Below, in pieces: positions 28,897 to 39,272 of a stretch of DNA of 64,000 nucleotides; position 1 is the stretch's first letter; every line of letters starts with the position of its first letter. Below the pieces are notes generated by a model, which saw only the letters and a program-made list of their open reading frames with translations, made no database searches and had not been told where the DNA came from. The DNA comes from Acidimicrobiia bacterium (lineage in GTDB: Bacteria > Actinomycetota > Acidimicrobiia > Spongiisociales > ZC4RG35). The position numbers and the translations under genes were made by a program. Where the stretch lies: the NCBI GenBank assembly GCA_036374335.1, contig DASUUC010000038.1:32070-96069 (forward strand). The letters run 5' to 3'.

Positions 28897-29310
28897 TTGC
28901 CTCCCTATCACTTCAGTGTGACGGTCCATGAGGACTTCTCTTCGGCCGTCGCCAAGACAAAACAAGCCCTCTCAGACCATGGATTTGGCATCGTCTGCGA
29001 GGTCGACATGGCGCAGATATTCAGTGAGCAGCTGGGGGTGGAGCGTCCGCCACACCTGATTCTCGGCGCCTGCAGTCCGGCGTTCGCCAAGAAGGTCGTT
29101 GATGTCGACCCATCCATCTCGGTGCTTCTTCCCTGTCACGTTGTGGTGCGTAGCACCGATGGAGATGGCGTGGTGGTCGACTTCATCGATCCCGCCGTTC
29201 TCGTCGAGCTCGCCGGCGAGCCCGGTGTCCGAGACATCGCCGACGAGGTGAGAACCAGGTTCGAGATGGTGCGGGACACGGTGGCGACTGTGAGGGAAGC
29301 AGTGGCATAG
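28897..29310 (+). CDS. DUF302 domain protein
   Basis: 137 aa. FGIVCEVDMAQIF...LGACSP matches the DUF302 core. Confidence 0.6.
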   Translation: MPPYHFSVTVHEDFSSAVAKTKQALSDHGFGIVCEVDMAQIFSEQLGVERPPHLILGACSPAFAKKVVDVDPSISVLLPCHVVVRSTDGDGVVVDFIDPAVLVELAGEPGVRDIADEVRTRFEMVRDTVATVREAVA

Positions 29311-29374
29311 CGGCAGGTCATGCCGCTCGTCACCACGGTCTCGCCACCCGACATCCCTGCTTAACCTGAGCGTC

Positions 29375-30397
29375 GTGACCGAGACACGTCTCACCAAGTA
29401 CAGCCACGGGGCCGGTTGAGCCTGCAAACTCAGCGCGACTGAGTTGGCCCAGGTCCTGGGTCCCGTACAAGACCATGCCGCGGTCTCGCACCCCGACCTG
29501 ATCGTCGGCATCGGGACCAGTGACGACGCCGGCGTTTACGCGCTGGGAGACGGTCGCGTCCTCATTCAGACCGTGGACATCTTCACTCCTCTGGTCGACT
29601 CCCCACGAGACTGGGGCCGAATCGCCGCCGCCAATGCCCTCTCCGACATCTATGCCATGGCCGCAACTCCGCTGACGGCACTCCAGTATCTGGCGTGGCC
29701 CCGTGACGTGTTGTCATTCGATCTCGCTGCCGAGGTCGTCGGCGGTGGCATGGATGTCATGGTCGACGCCGGCTGCACCGTCGTCGGCGGCCACTCCATC
29801 GACGGTCCCGAGCCGACTTTCGGATTCGCCGTCACTGGCGTGTCCGACGTTGACGCCTTCGTCACCAACTCCGGAGCAAGACCCGGAGACGTACTGGTGC
29901 TGACCAAGCCTTTGGGGGTCGGGATCATCACAACGGCGATCAAGAGGGAGGCTTGCCCGCCCGAGGTGGCCCACGGCGCGGTCGAACAGATGGCGGCTCT
30001 CAATGATGTCGCCGGTGCCGCGCTCATACCACACCACGCATCGGCCGCCACCGACGTCACCGGTTTTGGCCTGCTGGGCCACCTGCGGGAGCTTTGTCTG
30101 GCGTCCGGTGTGGGCGCGACGATCGACGTCGACTCGGTCCCCGTTCTCCCTGGCGCCCGTGACTTACTCGCCCGGGGGATGTGGGCCGGCGGATCGCAAC
30201 GGAACCTGAAATCGATCGAGCCAGACGTGGTCACCGAACGGGATGTGGAGGATTGGAAGGTTCTCGTCGACGCGCAGACCTCGGGAGGCTTGCTCGTCGC
30301 GTTGTCGGAGGATGAAGTCTCCGGCTATGTCAGCGACGTGCCGGGATCATTGCCGGTCGGGCATGTCACCGCGGAGCTGCCCATCGAGCTGACTTAA
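29375..30397 (+). CDS. selD: selenide, water dikinase (selenophosphate synthetase), selenocysteine-containing; Sec codon TGA at 29417-29419
   Basis: Frame is open from GTG 29375 through an in-frame TGA: VTETRLTKYSHGAG-U-ACKLSATELAQVLG. This aligns with E. coli SelD [24 protein letters not shown], where the Cys sits at the TGA position. The ORF track calls only 29444..30397. Confidence 0.8.
29427..29445 (+). promoter_or_regulatory. SECIS-like hairpin 7 nt downstream of the selD UGA
   Basis: AACTCAG-CGCGA-CTGAGTT. A second hairpin CCCAGG-T-CCTGGG follows at 29447-29459. Confidence 0.5.
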
Positions 30398-30406
30398 CCT
30401 GTTGAA

Positions 30407-30832
30407 GTGAAACCCGAGGACCGGCTCACCCAGATCGCCGAGGCTCTCTCGATTCCGAGGGTGCAGCGTCACATCTTTCTCTGTGCCGATCAGACCAATC
30501 CGAGGTGCGCACCCCGCGAGGTGACCAATGACCTGTGGCGTCATTTGAAGACACGCCTCAAGGAGTTGGATGCGGCCTCGGCTCCCCCCAATTGGCAGGG
30601 GGACATGGGCTACGACCCCGACCCGGTCGACCCTGGGACGGGGAGCGTGCTGCGTACCAAGGCGGACTGTCTCCGCATATGCGAGCAGGGGTGTATTGCC
30701 GTGGTCTATCCCGAAGGCACATGGTATGCCGGGCTCGACACCGACAAGCTCGATCGCATCATCGATGAGCATCTCATTGGCGGGGAGCCGGTGGGGGAGT
30801 TGGTATTCGCCGTCGGGAAGCTGGGCCCATGA
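30407..30832 (+). CDS. thioredoxin-like [2Fe-2S] ferredoxin domain protein
   Basis: Four Cys in C-x8-C ... C-x3-C arrangement ([13 protein letters not shown]; CLRICEQGC). Begins 10 nt after the selD stop. Confidence 0.5.
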   Translation: MKPEDRLTQIAEALSIPRVQRHIFLCADQTNPRCAPREVTNDLWRHLKTRLKELDAASAPPNWQGDMGYDPDPVDPGTGSVLRTKADCLRICEQGCIAVVYPEGTWYAGLDTDKLDRIIDEHLIGGEPVGELVFAVGKLGP

Positions 30833-31728
30833 AGAAATGGCTCAAATGGGCTCTGATGGGAGCCATCCTGTGGAGGATGTTAGGCCCCCGTCTCCAACCG
30901 GACTTCAAGCCACCCCAGCAGCATCCCCTCCGGGTCCCGGGTCGGACGGTATTCGTTGGTGATGAGGAATATCTCGTCCGAGAGTTGGGTCCCGACAACG
31001 GGACTCCCATCCTCCTGATCCACGGGTTGGCCGGGTCGTCGCTCACCGAGTGGTATCAGGTGGCGCCCAGGCTGGCCGCGGACCGCCGGGTGATAATGGT
31101 CGACCACCGTGGTCACGGTCTCTCCGCGCGAGGTGATCTCCGCTTTGAGGTCGCCGACGACGCCGATGACCTCGTCGGGGTGCTCGATGCGATCGGAGTG
31201 AGCCAGGTCGACGTGGTGGGATACTCCATGGGAGGAGTGATCGCACAGGCCCTGGCACAGCGCAATCCTGGTCGTGTCCGCAAACTGGTTCTGATCGCTA
31301 CCTTCGCCACCCATTCCAGGGGCTACAAGCTCTTGCGCTGGATCGGCGTCGTTGTTGCCCGGGCAGGGGAGCGTCTCACCGGCTATGGGTCGCCGGAGGT
31401 CCGTAGTGGCTATCTCATCGCGCGGGGCGCCGTCCGGCCGGAGCATTCCCGGTGGATGTGGCGTGAGACTCTGCGCAACGACGTGGAAAGCGGATCCCAG
31501 GCCACGTTCGCCCTACTCCGCTTCGATTCTCGCGACTGGGTGGGAAAACTCGATGTCGACACGATGGTGGTCATCCCCACCTCCGATTTCTTGGTTCCAA
31601 CCAAATGGCAGTACGAATTGGCCGCGGCCATTCCGGCTGCCAAGGTCGTGGAGGTTCAAGACGCCGGCCACGAGCTGGTGTGGACCCATGCCGATCGGGT
31701 GGCGGACGAGCTGAGAGCTTTTTTGTAG
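30829..31728 (+). CDS. alpha/beta fold hydrolase
   Basis: HGLAGSS oxyanion region, GYSMGG nucleophile elbow, C-terminal DAGHE. ATGA overlap with the upstream gene. Confidence 0.7.
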   Translation: MKKWLKWALMGAILWRMLGPRLQPDFKPPQQHPLRVPGRTVFVGDEEYLVRELGPDNGTPILLIHGLAGSSLTEWYQVAPRLAADRRVIMVDHRGHGLSARGDLRFEVADDADDLVGVLDAIGVSQVDVVGYSMGGVIAQALAQRNPGRVRKLVLIATFATHSRGYKLLRWIGVVVARAGERLTGYGSPEVRSGYLIARGAVRPEHSRWMWRETLRNDVESGSQATFALLRFDSRDWVGKLDVDTMVVIPTSDFLVPTKWQYELAAAIPAAKVVEVQDAGHELVWTHADRVADELRAFL

Positions 31729-31848
31729 GCGTTGCCATAGACATCGGATCTCGGAAACCGCCACCTCTTGCTGCAGCAACGCAGGATGTACCCGAGCGAG
31801 GCCACGGGGAATTGAGCGTTTGCGGGAGTCGCTTTACCGTCGGCTCTC

Positions 31849-32295
31849 ATGTTCAAGTCGGTGATCGTTCTCGCCGTCATGGTGCTCGTCGTCTCTTGTC
31901 AGTCGGATCAGTCGTCTTCTACGACCACCTCGAGTGGCCCTCAACAGGAGACCACGACGACTCTCGGGGACACCACCCCAACCACCAACCTTTCGACGAT
32001 TACGACGATGAGCCCCGAGATCACCACCACGACTCTGGTCCAGATCGACGTGGAGATCGCCGATGGAGACGTGCAAGGGCCCGGTACCTTCGAGGTCAGC
32101 CTCGGAGAGACAGTGGACATATGGATACTCTCCGATGTCGACGATGAGATCCATGTCCATGGCAATGACCTCCGCTTCGACCTCCCTGTCGGCGTCCCGT
32201 TCCATCTCACTTTCGAGGCCGATGTGCCCGGAGTCTTCGAGGTGGAGACGCACGGCCTCCAGGAGCCTCTCTTCGAGATCGAGGTGACCGGTTGA
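31849..32295 (+). CDS. lipoprotein with Thr-rich linker and putative cupredoxin-like domain
   Basis: LVVSC lipobox and T-rich linker. The C-terminal beta-rich domain carries His residues (HVHGND, ETHG). The cupredoxin assignment is tentative. Confidence 0.4.
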   Translation: MFKSVIVLAVMVLVVSCQSDQSSSTTTSSGPQQETTTTLGDTTPTTNLSTITTMSPEITTTTLVQIDVEIADGDVQGPGTFEVSLGETVDIWILSDVDDEIHVHGNDLRFDLPVGVPFHLTFEADVPGVFEVETHGLQEPLFEIEVTG

Positions 32296-33587
32296 TCATC
32301 GCCCATGGGATCGGGGGGCGTTCGGATCTGCCCATTCCACTGCCCGTGGTCTTGATCGGGGCCGCCGGGGTTCTCGTCATCACCTTTCTCGCCCTCGGAT
32401 TCCTCTGGACTCGGCCCGTTCTTCAGGACGGTCCCGATTACGACGCACCGGGTACTGTTGTCCCGGTCAGAGGGGTCCTGGCCGCACTCGGCGTCCTCGG
32501 CCTCGCTCTCGTCGGCGCCCAAGTCATTCCCCCGTTGATGGGAGTGGAGCGGGAAGCGGTCCGGCCCAGCATCGCCCTGGTGTTGGTCTGGGTGGTGATC
32601 TGGCTGATAGTCCCTTTCGTCGGCGCTCTGGCCGGCAACTGGTATACCGATCTCAACCCGTGGCGGACACTGGCTCGCGGTTTCGGATTCGGGAAGATGG
32701 AGAGGATCGGGATTCCCGCGCGGGTCGGGCTGTGGCCGGCGGCGGTCGTTTTCATCGTCTTCACCTGGTTCGAGTTGGTCAGCCCTCGTTCGGGTGATCC
32801 CACTGCACTGGGGATCGGCGCCCTCGGCTACACGGTCTTTCTGATCATTGCGATGGCTGCCGTTGGGCGGGAGACCGGACTGGCGACGTTCGACTTCTTC
32901 ACTCCGTACAACCGCCTCATCTCGTCGATCTCACCGCTCGGACGCAATGAGCAGGGAAGAGTCGTCTGGCGTGGCTGGCTGGCTTCCCTGGCGGTGATCC
33001 CGGAGTGGCCGGGGCTGTGGTTCTTCGTCGTGATCATGATCGGCACCGTCTCCTATGACGGCGCGTCCGGGACCGACTGGTTTGGTGCGATCACAGGCGG
33101 CGTGGGTGACACCACGCTCGGTCAGACGGTCCTGTTGCTGGCGGCGGTATTCGTCGTCGCCGTTGCCTACTACGGCGCCTCGGCGCTGGCGGCAACACTG
33201 TCGCGGGGCCAATGGAGCACCCGCCGGGTTGCCCAGCGATTCGCCCATACCCTGGTGCCGATCGGGCTTGCCTACGCCGTCGCCCATTACTTCACCTTGA
33301 TCCTGTTCGAAGGTCAGCAACTGATCGCAGCCATATCCGACCCGTTCGGCGTGGGTTGGAACCTCTTTGGAACCGCCGACTATCGGGTGGACTTCTTCGT
33401 CAGATCATCGACGCCTGTCTGGTTGGCCCAGGTGGCGTTTATCGTCGGGGGGCATCTCGTCGGGGTCGTACTGGCTCATGACCGGTCGTTGCAGGACTTC
33501 GGTCGGGACGCGGTTCGATCGCAATACGCGATGCTTGTCCTGATGATCGCCTTGACCAGCCTGGGCCTATTGATTCTCTCCGGATGA
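32292..33587 (+). CDS. polytopic integral membrane protein, function unknown (possible oxidase copper-delivery or assembly role)
   Basis: About 10-12 predicted TM helices. Overlaps the upstream lipoprotein and downstream ctaB starts by 4 nt. Confidence 0.4.
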   Translation: MIIAHGIGGRSDLPIPLPVVLIGAAGVLVITFLALGFLWTRPVLQDGPDYDAPGTVVPVRGVLAALGVLGLALVGAQVIPPLMGVEREAVRPSIALVLVWVVIWLIVPFVGALAGNWYTDLNPWRTLARGFGFGKMERIGIPARVGLWPAAVVFIVFTWFELVSPRSGDPTALGIGALGYTVFLIIAMAAVGRETGLATFDFFTPYNRLISSISPLGRNEQGRVVWRGWLASLAVIPEWPGLWFFVVIMIGTVSYDGASGTDWFGAITGGVGDTTLGQTVLLLAAVFVVAVAYYGASALAATLSRGQWSTRRVAQRFAHTLVPIGLAYAVAHYFTLILFEGQQLIAAISDPFGVGWNLFGTADYRVDFFVRSSTPVWLAQVAFIVGGHLVGVVLAHDRSLQDFGRDAVRSQYAMLVLMIALTSLGLLILSG

Positions 33588-34483
33588 CTGAACTCCACCA
33601 CCAAGCAGCAATCGAAGTCTCGCCCGGAACGCGAGGCCGGGTTGCCGCCTACATCGCCCTCACCAAGCCTCGCATCATCGAGCTGCTTCTGATCACCACC
33701 CTTCCCTCGATGGTCCTGGCCGCGGGGAGGTGGCCCGGGCTGTGGCTGGTTGCCGCCACCCTCATCGGCGGCAGCCTGTCAGCGGGCGGGGCCAACGCCC
33801 TCAATATGTATTACGACCGCGACATCGACGAAGTGATGCGACGCACCCGATCCCGGCCGTTGGCTCGCCATGAAGTCTCTCCGCGGAATGCCTTGGTCTT
33901 TGGGGTGGTGCTGGGTGTCGCCGGGTTCGTCTGGCTGTGGTTGTTCACCACGTTGCTCGCGGCCGCGATAGCCACCGCCGCCCTCCTGTTCTATGTCTTC
34001 GTCTACACGATGAGGCTCAAGCGGTCATCGGTGCAGAACATCGTGATCGGCGGGACGGCAGGGGCCGCTCCGGCGCTGGTCGGATGGGCCGCGGTGACCG
34101 GGTCCGTGGGTCTGCCTGCCTGGGGTCTCTTCCTGATCGTGTTCTACTGGACCCCCCCTCATTTCTGGGCGTTGGCCCTCCGCTACAAGGATGACTACGC
34201 CGCGGCGGGCGTTCCCATGCTTCCGGTGGTGGCCGGCGTGGAGGCGACGACCCGGAGGATGCTGCTCTACACGGGTCTGATGGTCGCAGTGTCACTCTTG
34301 CTCGTACCGCTCGCTGGGATGTCGTGGATCTACCTGGTGGCCGCCTTGGTTCTGGGTGGGTGGTTCCTGGGAGACACATGGCGGGTAGTGGTTCATCCCG
34401 AGCAGGCCATGAGGCTGTTCACCACCTCGACCATGTATCTGTCGGCACTGTTTGCTTCCGTCATGTTGGACGTCTTGCTGTGA
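33584..34483 (+). CDS. ctaB: protoheme IX farnesyltransferase (heme O synthase)
   Basis: UbiA-family motifs NALNMYYDRDIDEVMRRTRSRPLA. 299 aa with ~9 TM helices. Confidence 0.85.
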   Translation: MTELHHQAAIEVSPGTRGRVAAYIALTKPRIIELLLITTLPSMVLAAGRWPGLWLVAATLIGGSLSAGGANALNMYYDRDIDEVMRRTRSRPLARHEVSPRNALVFGVVLGVAGFVWLWLFTTLLAAAIATAALLFYVFVYTMRLKRSSVQNIVIGGTAGAAPALVGWAAVTGSVGLPAWGLFLIVFYWTPPHFWALALRYKDDYAAAGVPMLPVVAGVEATTRRMLLYTGLMVAVSLLLVPLAGMSWIYLVAALVLGGWFLGDTWRVVVHPEQAMRLFTTSTMYLSALFASVMLDVLL

Positions 34484-35304
34484 GACGGATAGCCCTGGTT
34501 CTCATGGTCGGATTGCTGGCCGCCGCCTGCTCCGATGACACCAACGCCGTGGGCCGTCTCGCCACTAGTCCGGGGTCCATCGGCACCGGCGAGCAACGAA
34601 TCCTGGTCGCGGTCACCGATCTGTCCACCGGTGAGATGATCGCAACACCTGATGTGACTCCCGTGGCGGTGCTCCGTGACGACATTGGATCACCTTTGGG
34701 TGAGTATGAGGGCGAGTTCGTATGGACGATTCCCGACGTCGTCGGGGTCTACGCCTTCGATGTCGACATTCCCGGCCCGGCCACTTATCAGTTGACGATC
34801 GACGGGGATGAATTCGGTGAGTTGGCTCCGATCGGTTTCGTCGCTGCCGAAGACCCGCTGCAGGTAGCGGTCGGGGAGGAGGCGCCCCGATCCGAGTCCA
34901 GGACTCTCGACGAGGCCCCGCTGGAGGACCTGACCTCGGACCCTACCCCGGAAGAGGCGTTCTACGAGATGACCGTTGCCGAGGCGGTCGAGTCGGGACC
35001 GTCGGTCATCGTGTTCGCCACCCCGGCCTGGTGCACTTCCCAGTCCTGCGGGCCGATGCTCGATCAGGTCCAGGAGGTGAAGCCTGACTTCCCGGACCTG
35101 AACTATGTCCACGTCGAGGTTTACGAGAACATCCATGTCACCAACCGCGAGGACCTCGTCCTGGTCCCTGCCGTGGAGGAGTGGGGTCTGCCCTCCGAGC
35201 CCTGGTTGTATGTCACCGATGACATCGGAATCGTGACGGCTGCCTTCGAGGGCGCCGTCTCCGACGAGGAGCTGCGCGCCGCGTTGGACGCGGTTGCCGG
35301 TTGA
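34480..35304 (+). CDS. lipoprotein with C-terminal thioredoxin-like domain
   Basis: GTG start overlaps the ctaB stop. VRRIALVLMVGLLAAAC lipobox. C-terminal VIVFATPAWCTSQSCGP redox-type motif. Confidence 0.5.
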   Translation: MRRIALVLMVGLLAAACSDDTNAVGRLATSPGSIGTGEQRILVAVTDLSTGEMIATPDVTPVAVLRDDIGSPLGEYEGEFVWTIPDVVGVYAFDVDIPGPATYQLTIDGDEFGELAPIGFVAAEDPLQVAVGEEAPRSESRTLDEAPLEDLTSDPTPEEAFYEMTVAEAVESGPSVIVFATPAWCTSQSCGPMLDQVQEVKPDFPDLNYVHVEVYENIHVTNREDLVLVPAVEEWGLPSEPWLYVTDDIGIVTAAFEGAVSDEELRAALDAVAG

Positions 35305-35372
35305 GTCCAGCCTCGTCGAGTAGGCACTAGAGCGCGCATGGTTGCTCACTCGATCGCCGAGTTCCCTTTCGG

Positions 35373-35975
35373 CTAGCCCAGTCCCAGCTGCAGCCGGATC
35401 ATCTCCACCGTTTCGCTCATCAATTCGTCGACCAGCTCGGCGCGGGTGTCGGTCGGGTCGGCCTCGAGCACTCTTTGTAGATCGAAGGACTGAAGGCCGG
35501 CGAGCTGCGCGAGCTGGTAGATCGCCTGAATGGGGTCCTCGGAGAGCTCAGGGGCATCGGCTTCCAGCTCCGGATTGAGCTCGGCAGCTACCGCGAGCAG
35601 TCCCGGTAGCCGGTTGGCCGCCGACTCGAGATATTGCATGCCCTCCTCCGAAAGCGGGTCGTCGGCCAAGTCCTCGACGACCGCTCGCGGGTAAGGGTCG
35701 GAGTCCTGCCACTCGACGATTCGCAAACGGTGCCGACCCAGAGCGATGATCGCGATGGTCCCGTCCTCGTGTAGACCAGAGCCGACGATGTAAGCGAGGC
35801 AGCCCACGTCATAGGTGGTGTTGGCATCACTCGACTCGATCCCCCGCTCGATCAGCACGACTCCAAACTCGCGCTCTCTGTCGATGATGTCGGAGTACAT
35901 CTGCAGATAGCGGGGCTCGAAGAGGCGGAGCGGGAGGGCCATGCCGGGCATCAAAGTCAGGCCCAGCGGGAACAT
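35373..35975 (-). CDS. LON substrate-binding (N-terminal) domain protein
   Basis: MFPLGLTLMPGMALPLRLFEPRYLQMY is the Lon N-domain signature. Start chosen at the internal Met (track ORF starts at 36014). Confidence 0.65.
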   Translation of the reverse strand: MFPLGLTLMPGMALPLRLFEPRYLQMYSDIIDREREFGVVLIERGIESSDANTTYDVGCLAYIVGSGLHEDGTIAIIALGRHRLRIVEWQDSDPYPRAVVEDLADDPLSEEGMQYLESAANRLPGLLAVAAELNPELEADAPELSEDPIQAIYQLAQLAGLQSFDLQRVLEADPTDTRAELVDELMSETVEMIRLQLGLG

Positions 35976-36123
35976 GGGGAGGAGGCGGGTAACGCTCAAG
36001 ACGACGCCCAGCATGTCGGACTACTGGCCCCTGAGTCAAACAGCTCAGCTCCGGGCGGGGTGAACTGTTGCCCTCCCGATGAAGTTGGTCGGTACTTCTG
36101 AATCTCCGTATGATGCCGTCCCG

Positions 36124-37188
36124 ATGGCCCTGATCCGCCGAAGACTGACACGCCTTGCCGCCCTGGTCGGTTCGGCCCTCACTCTCAGCGCCTGCTCGAT
36201 CATCGAGCTGGAGGACAACCCGCTCACCACCTTCGAGCCGGCCGGGCCGTTCGCCGACAAGATCGACGGCCTCTTCTGGATGGTTTTCTGGATAGCCACC
36301 GGCGTTTTCGTCTTCGTCATGGGTGCCCTCATCGTGATCATGTTCGTGTTCCGGGATCGCGGGAGAGAAGACCAAAAGCAGCCAAGACAGCTTCACGGCA
36401 GCCCCAAGCTCGAAGTGCTGTGGACCGTGATCCCTGCCCTGATCCTCGCCGCGATCGCGGTGCCCACCGTGTCGGCCACCTTCGATTTGACCGAGTGCAG
36501 CCCCGACGCCATGGAGGTAGAGGTCATCGGGCATCAGTGGTGGTTCGAATACCACTACCCGGATGCCGACATCTACTCCGCCAATGTGTTGGTGATGCCC
36601 GCCGGTGAGGAGGTCTGTGCCCAGATGACCTCCGTTGATGTGATCCACAGCTTCTGGATTCCAGCACTCAATGGCAAACGCGACGTTGTCCCCGGCCAGA
36701 CCACGACCCTTCGGCTCCAGGCCGACGAGCCCGGTGATTACTGGGGCCATTGCGCCGAGTTCTGCGGCTTGTCTCACTCGCTGATGCGGACCCGGGTCCA
36801 GGTGGTGTCTTCATCTGAGTTCGATCAGTGGCTGCAGAATCAGCAAGGACCGGCCACCCTTCCTCAGGACGGAGACCCGACCTACGACGGCTATCAGGTG
36901 TATCTGAACAAACAGTGCATCCAGTGTCACACAGTGCGTTTCGACGACCCTGACGCTTCCAACATCATTCCACCAGGAGCCTTCAACGGACCCGAGTTGA
37001 CCCACTTCGCCTCACGCAACGTCTTCGCCGGCGCCATCCTCCCCGAAGAGAATGAGACGCGCAGCGAGGCGCTCAAGGAGTGGTTGGCCAATCCCCCGCA
37101 GGTCAAGCCGGGGAGTTTCATGCCCGATCTCGCCTTGACTGAACAGGAGATCGACGCGCTTATTGTCTGGTTGGAGAGTCTGGAATGA
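36124..37188 (+). CDS. ctaC: cytochrome c oxidase subunit II with C-terminal cytochrome c domain (caa3-type)
   Basis: LSAC lipobox. CuA site HCAEFCGLSHSLM. C-terminal CIQCH heme-c motif. Alternative start at 36079. Confidence 0.85.
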   Translation: MALIRRRLTRLAALVGSALTLSACSIIELEDNPLTTFEPAGPFADKIDGLFWMVFWIATGVFVFVMGALIVIMFVFRDRGREDQKQPRQLHGSPKLEVLWTVIPALILAAIAVPTVSATFDLTECSPDAMEVEVIGHQWWFEYHYPDADIYSANVLVMPAGEEVCAQMTSVDVIHSFWIPALNGKRDVVPGQTTTLRLQADEPGDYWGHCAEFCGLSHSLMRTRVQVVSSSEFDQWLQNQQGPATLPQDGDPTYDGYQVYLNKQCIQCHTVRFDDPDASNIIPPGAFNGPELTHFASRNVFAGAILPEENETRSEALKEWLANPPQVKPGSFMPDLALTEQEIDALIVWLESLE

Positions 37189-39272
37189 CAGCGACAGCCG
37201 AACGCCCCGCCACCACAATCTTCCGGCGCCCCAAGTCGAAGACCGGATTGTGGGGATGGATCACCACCGTCGACCACAAGAAGATCGGCATCATGTACGG
37301 CTATGCAGCCTTCACCTTCTTCGTCATCGGCGGTGTCGAGGCGCTTCTTCTCCGCATCCAGCTGGCGCAGGCCAACGCCGAGTTTCTGACTGCCGGCGCC
37401 TACAACGCGCTGTTCACCATGCACGGGACGACGATGATCTTCCTGTTCGTGATGCCGGTGTCGGCGGCGTTCATGAACTACATGCTCCCCCTGCTCATCG
37501 GAGCGCGCGACGTTGCCTTCCCTCGTCTGAATGCCCTCTCCTGGTGGATATTCTTCTTCGGGGGGATCTTCCTCTACAGCACGTTCATCTTCGGGACGTC
37601 GGTTCCCCCGGTTGGCCCCGACGGCATCACCGGGAACCTGGCGGCCGGGGGCGGACCGGGCACATTCAACTTCTTGGCAAGCTCACCTGACGGGGGATGG
37701 TTCTGCTACCAGCCCAACTGCGGTCCGCTCTATTCACCAGGCACCGCCATGGACTACTGGGCACTCGGTGTGCAGATGCTGGGCTTGGCTTCGCTGGTCT
37801 CCGCGGTGAACTTCATCGTGACCGTCTTCAACATGCGGGCGAAGGGGATGCGACTGCTGCGCATGCCGGTGTTCGCCTGGATGTCCACGGTCGTCGCCTT
37901 CCTGCTCTTGTTCTCCCTGCCGATCATCGCAGTCGCCCTGTTCATGGTCACCTTCGACCGTCAATTCGGATCGTTGTTCTTCGCCGCCGATCTCGGTGGC
38001 GACCCGATCCTCTGGCAACATCTCTTCTGGCTGTTCGGTCATCCCGAGGTGTACATCCTGATCCTGCCTGCAATGGGCATCGTCTCCGAGGTGTTGCCTG
38101 TCTTCAGCCGCAAGCCGTTGTTCGGCTATTCGGCCGTGGTCTTCGCCGGGGCCGCCATAGCCTTCCTCGGCTTCGGGGTGTGGGCCCATCACATGTTCGC
38201 GTCGGGCATCACGCCGGTGGCCCAGGCCGCGTTCGGATTGGCGACGATGACCATCGCCATCCCGACCGGCATAAAGATCTTCAACTGGCTGGGGACCATG
38301 TGGGGAGGCAAGGTGTGGTTGTCCACGCCGATGCTCTTCGCCATGGGTTTCGTGGCCATGTTCACCATCGGTGGCCTCTCCGGAGTCACCCACTCGATCG
38401 TCCCCTCCGACTGGCAGCAGACGGACACCTACTACATCGTGGCCCACTTCCACTACGTCTTGTTCGGAGGTGCAGTGTTCGGGATCTTCGCCGGTCTCTA
38501 CTACTGGTTCCCCAAGCTCACCGGCCGCGTGATGAGCGACCGTCTCGGCAAGACCCATTTCTGGCTGATGTTCACCGGGTTCAACTTGACCTTCGCTCCC
38601 ATGCACTGGCTGGGTTTGCAGGGGATGGTCCGTCGCACCTGGAAATACGCGCCAGAGGCCGGGCTTGAGTTCTGGAACCTCATGGAGACGATCGGCGCCT
38701 TCATCATCGCGCTGTCGATCGCCATCTTCATGTACAACTGGTATCACAGCCGCCGTCGAGGCGAGATCTCCGGGCTCGACCCCTGGGATGCCCGGACCAT
38801 CGAGTGGACCATCCCAAATCCGACACCGGAGTACAACTTCGCCCAGGCACCAAGGGTCACTCGCCTCGACCACTTCTGGCATATGAAATACGACGAGGAT
38901 GAGGAAGGCCGCGCAGTGCGGAGGCCCGAGGCCGATGAGATGCTCACCCGGCTCGAGTACGACGGGCTCAACCCGGCCCGGCCGATCCATCTTCCAGCAC
39001 CGTCGTATTTCCCGTTCGTGATGGCTCTCGGGATCCCGATCATCTTCTACGGGATCATCTATCACACGACGGTGTTCGGTAAGGCGCTCATCGCCATCGG
39101 GGCGGTCCTGAGCTTGTCCGCTCTCATCGGGTGGGCCATCGAGCCGCTCGAGGAACCGATGGACCACGACGAAGAGGCTGAGCCCGGGGATGAGTCCGGC
39201 GGCGTCGAGATAGAGAGGGCCGACTTCCTCACCGACGACGAGACAGCAGAGGAGGTGGTGCCTGATGAGTGA
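37185..39272 (+). CDS. ctaD: cytochrome c oxidase subunit I (with ~120-aa C-terminal extension carrying two extra TM helices)
   Basis: Heme-copper oxidase subunit I His ligands and motifs (WFFGHPEVYIL, HHMF). 695 aa. ATGA overlap with ctaC. Confidence 0.9.
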   Translation: MTATAERPATTIFRRPKSKTGLWGWITTVDHKKIGIMYGYAAFTFFVIGGVEALLLRIQLAQANAEFLTAGAYNALFTMHGTTMIFLFVMPVSAAFMNYMLPLLIGARDVAFPRLNALSWWIFFFGGIFLYSTFIFGTSVPPVGPDGITGNLAAGGGPGTFNFLASSPDGGWFCYQPNCGPLYSPGTAMDYWALGVQMLGLASLVSAVNFIVTVFNMRAKGMRLLRMPVFAWMSTVVAFLLLFSLPIIAVALFMVTFDRQFGSLFFAADLGGDPILWQHLFWLFGHPEVYILILPAMGIVSEVLPVFSRKPLFGYSAVVFAGAAIAFLGFGVWAHHMFASGITPVAQAAFGLATMTIAIPTGIKIFNWLGTMWGGKVWLSTPMLFAMGFVAMFTIGGLSGVTHSIVPSDWQQTDTYYIVAHFHYVLFGGAVFGIFAGLYYWFPKLTGRVMSDRLGKTHFWLMFTGFNLTFAPMHWLGLQGMVRRTWKYAPEAGLEFWNLMETIGAFIIALSIAIFMYNWYHSRRRGEISGLDPWDARTIEWTIPNPTPEYNFAQAPRVTRLDHFWHMKYDEDEEGRAVRRPEADEMLTRLEYDGLNPARPIHLPAPSYFPFVMALGIPIIFYGIIYHTTVFGKALIAIGAVLSLSALIGWAIEPLEEPMDHDEEAEPGDESGGVEIERADFLTDDETAEEVVPDE

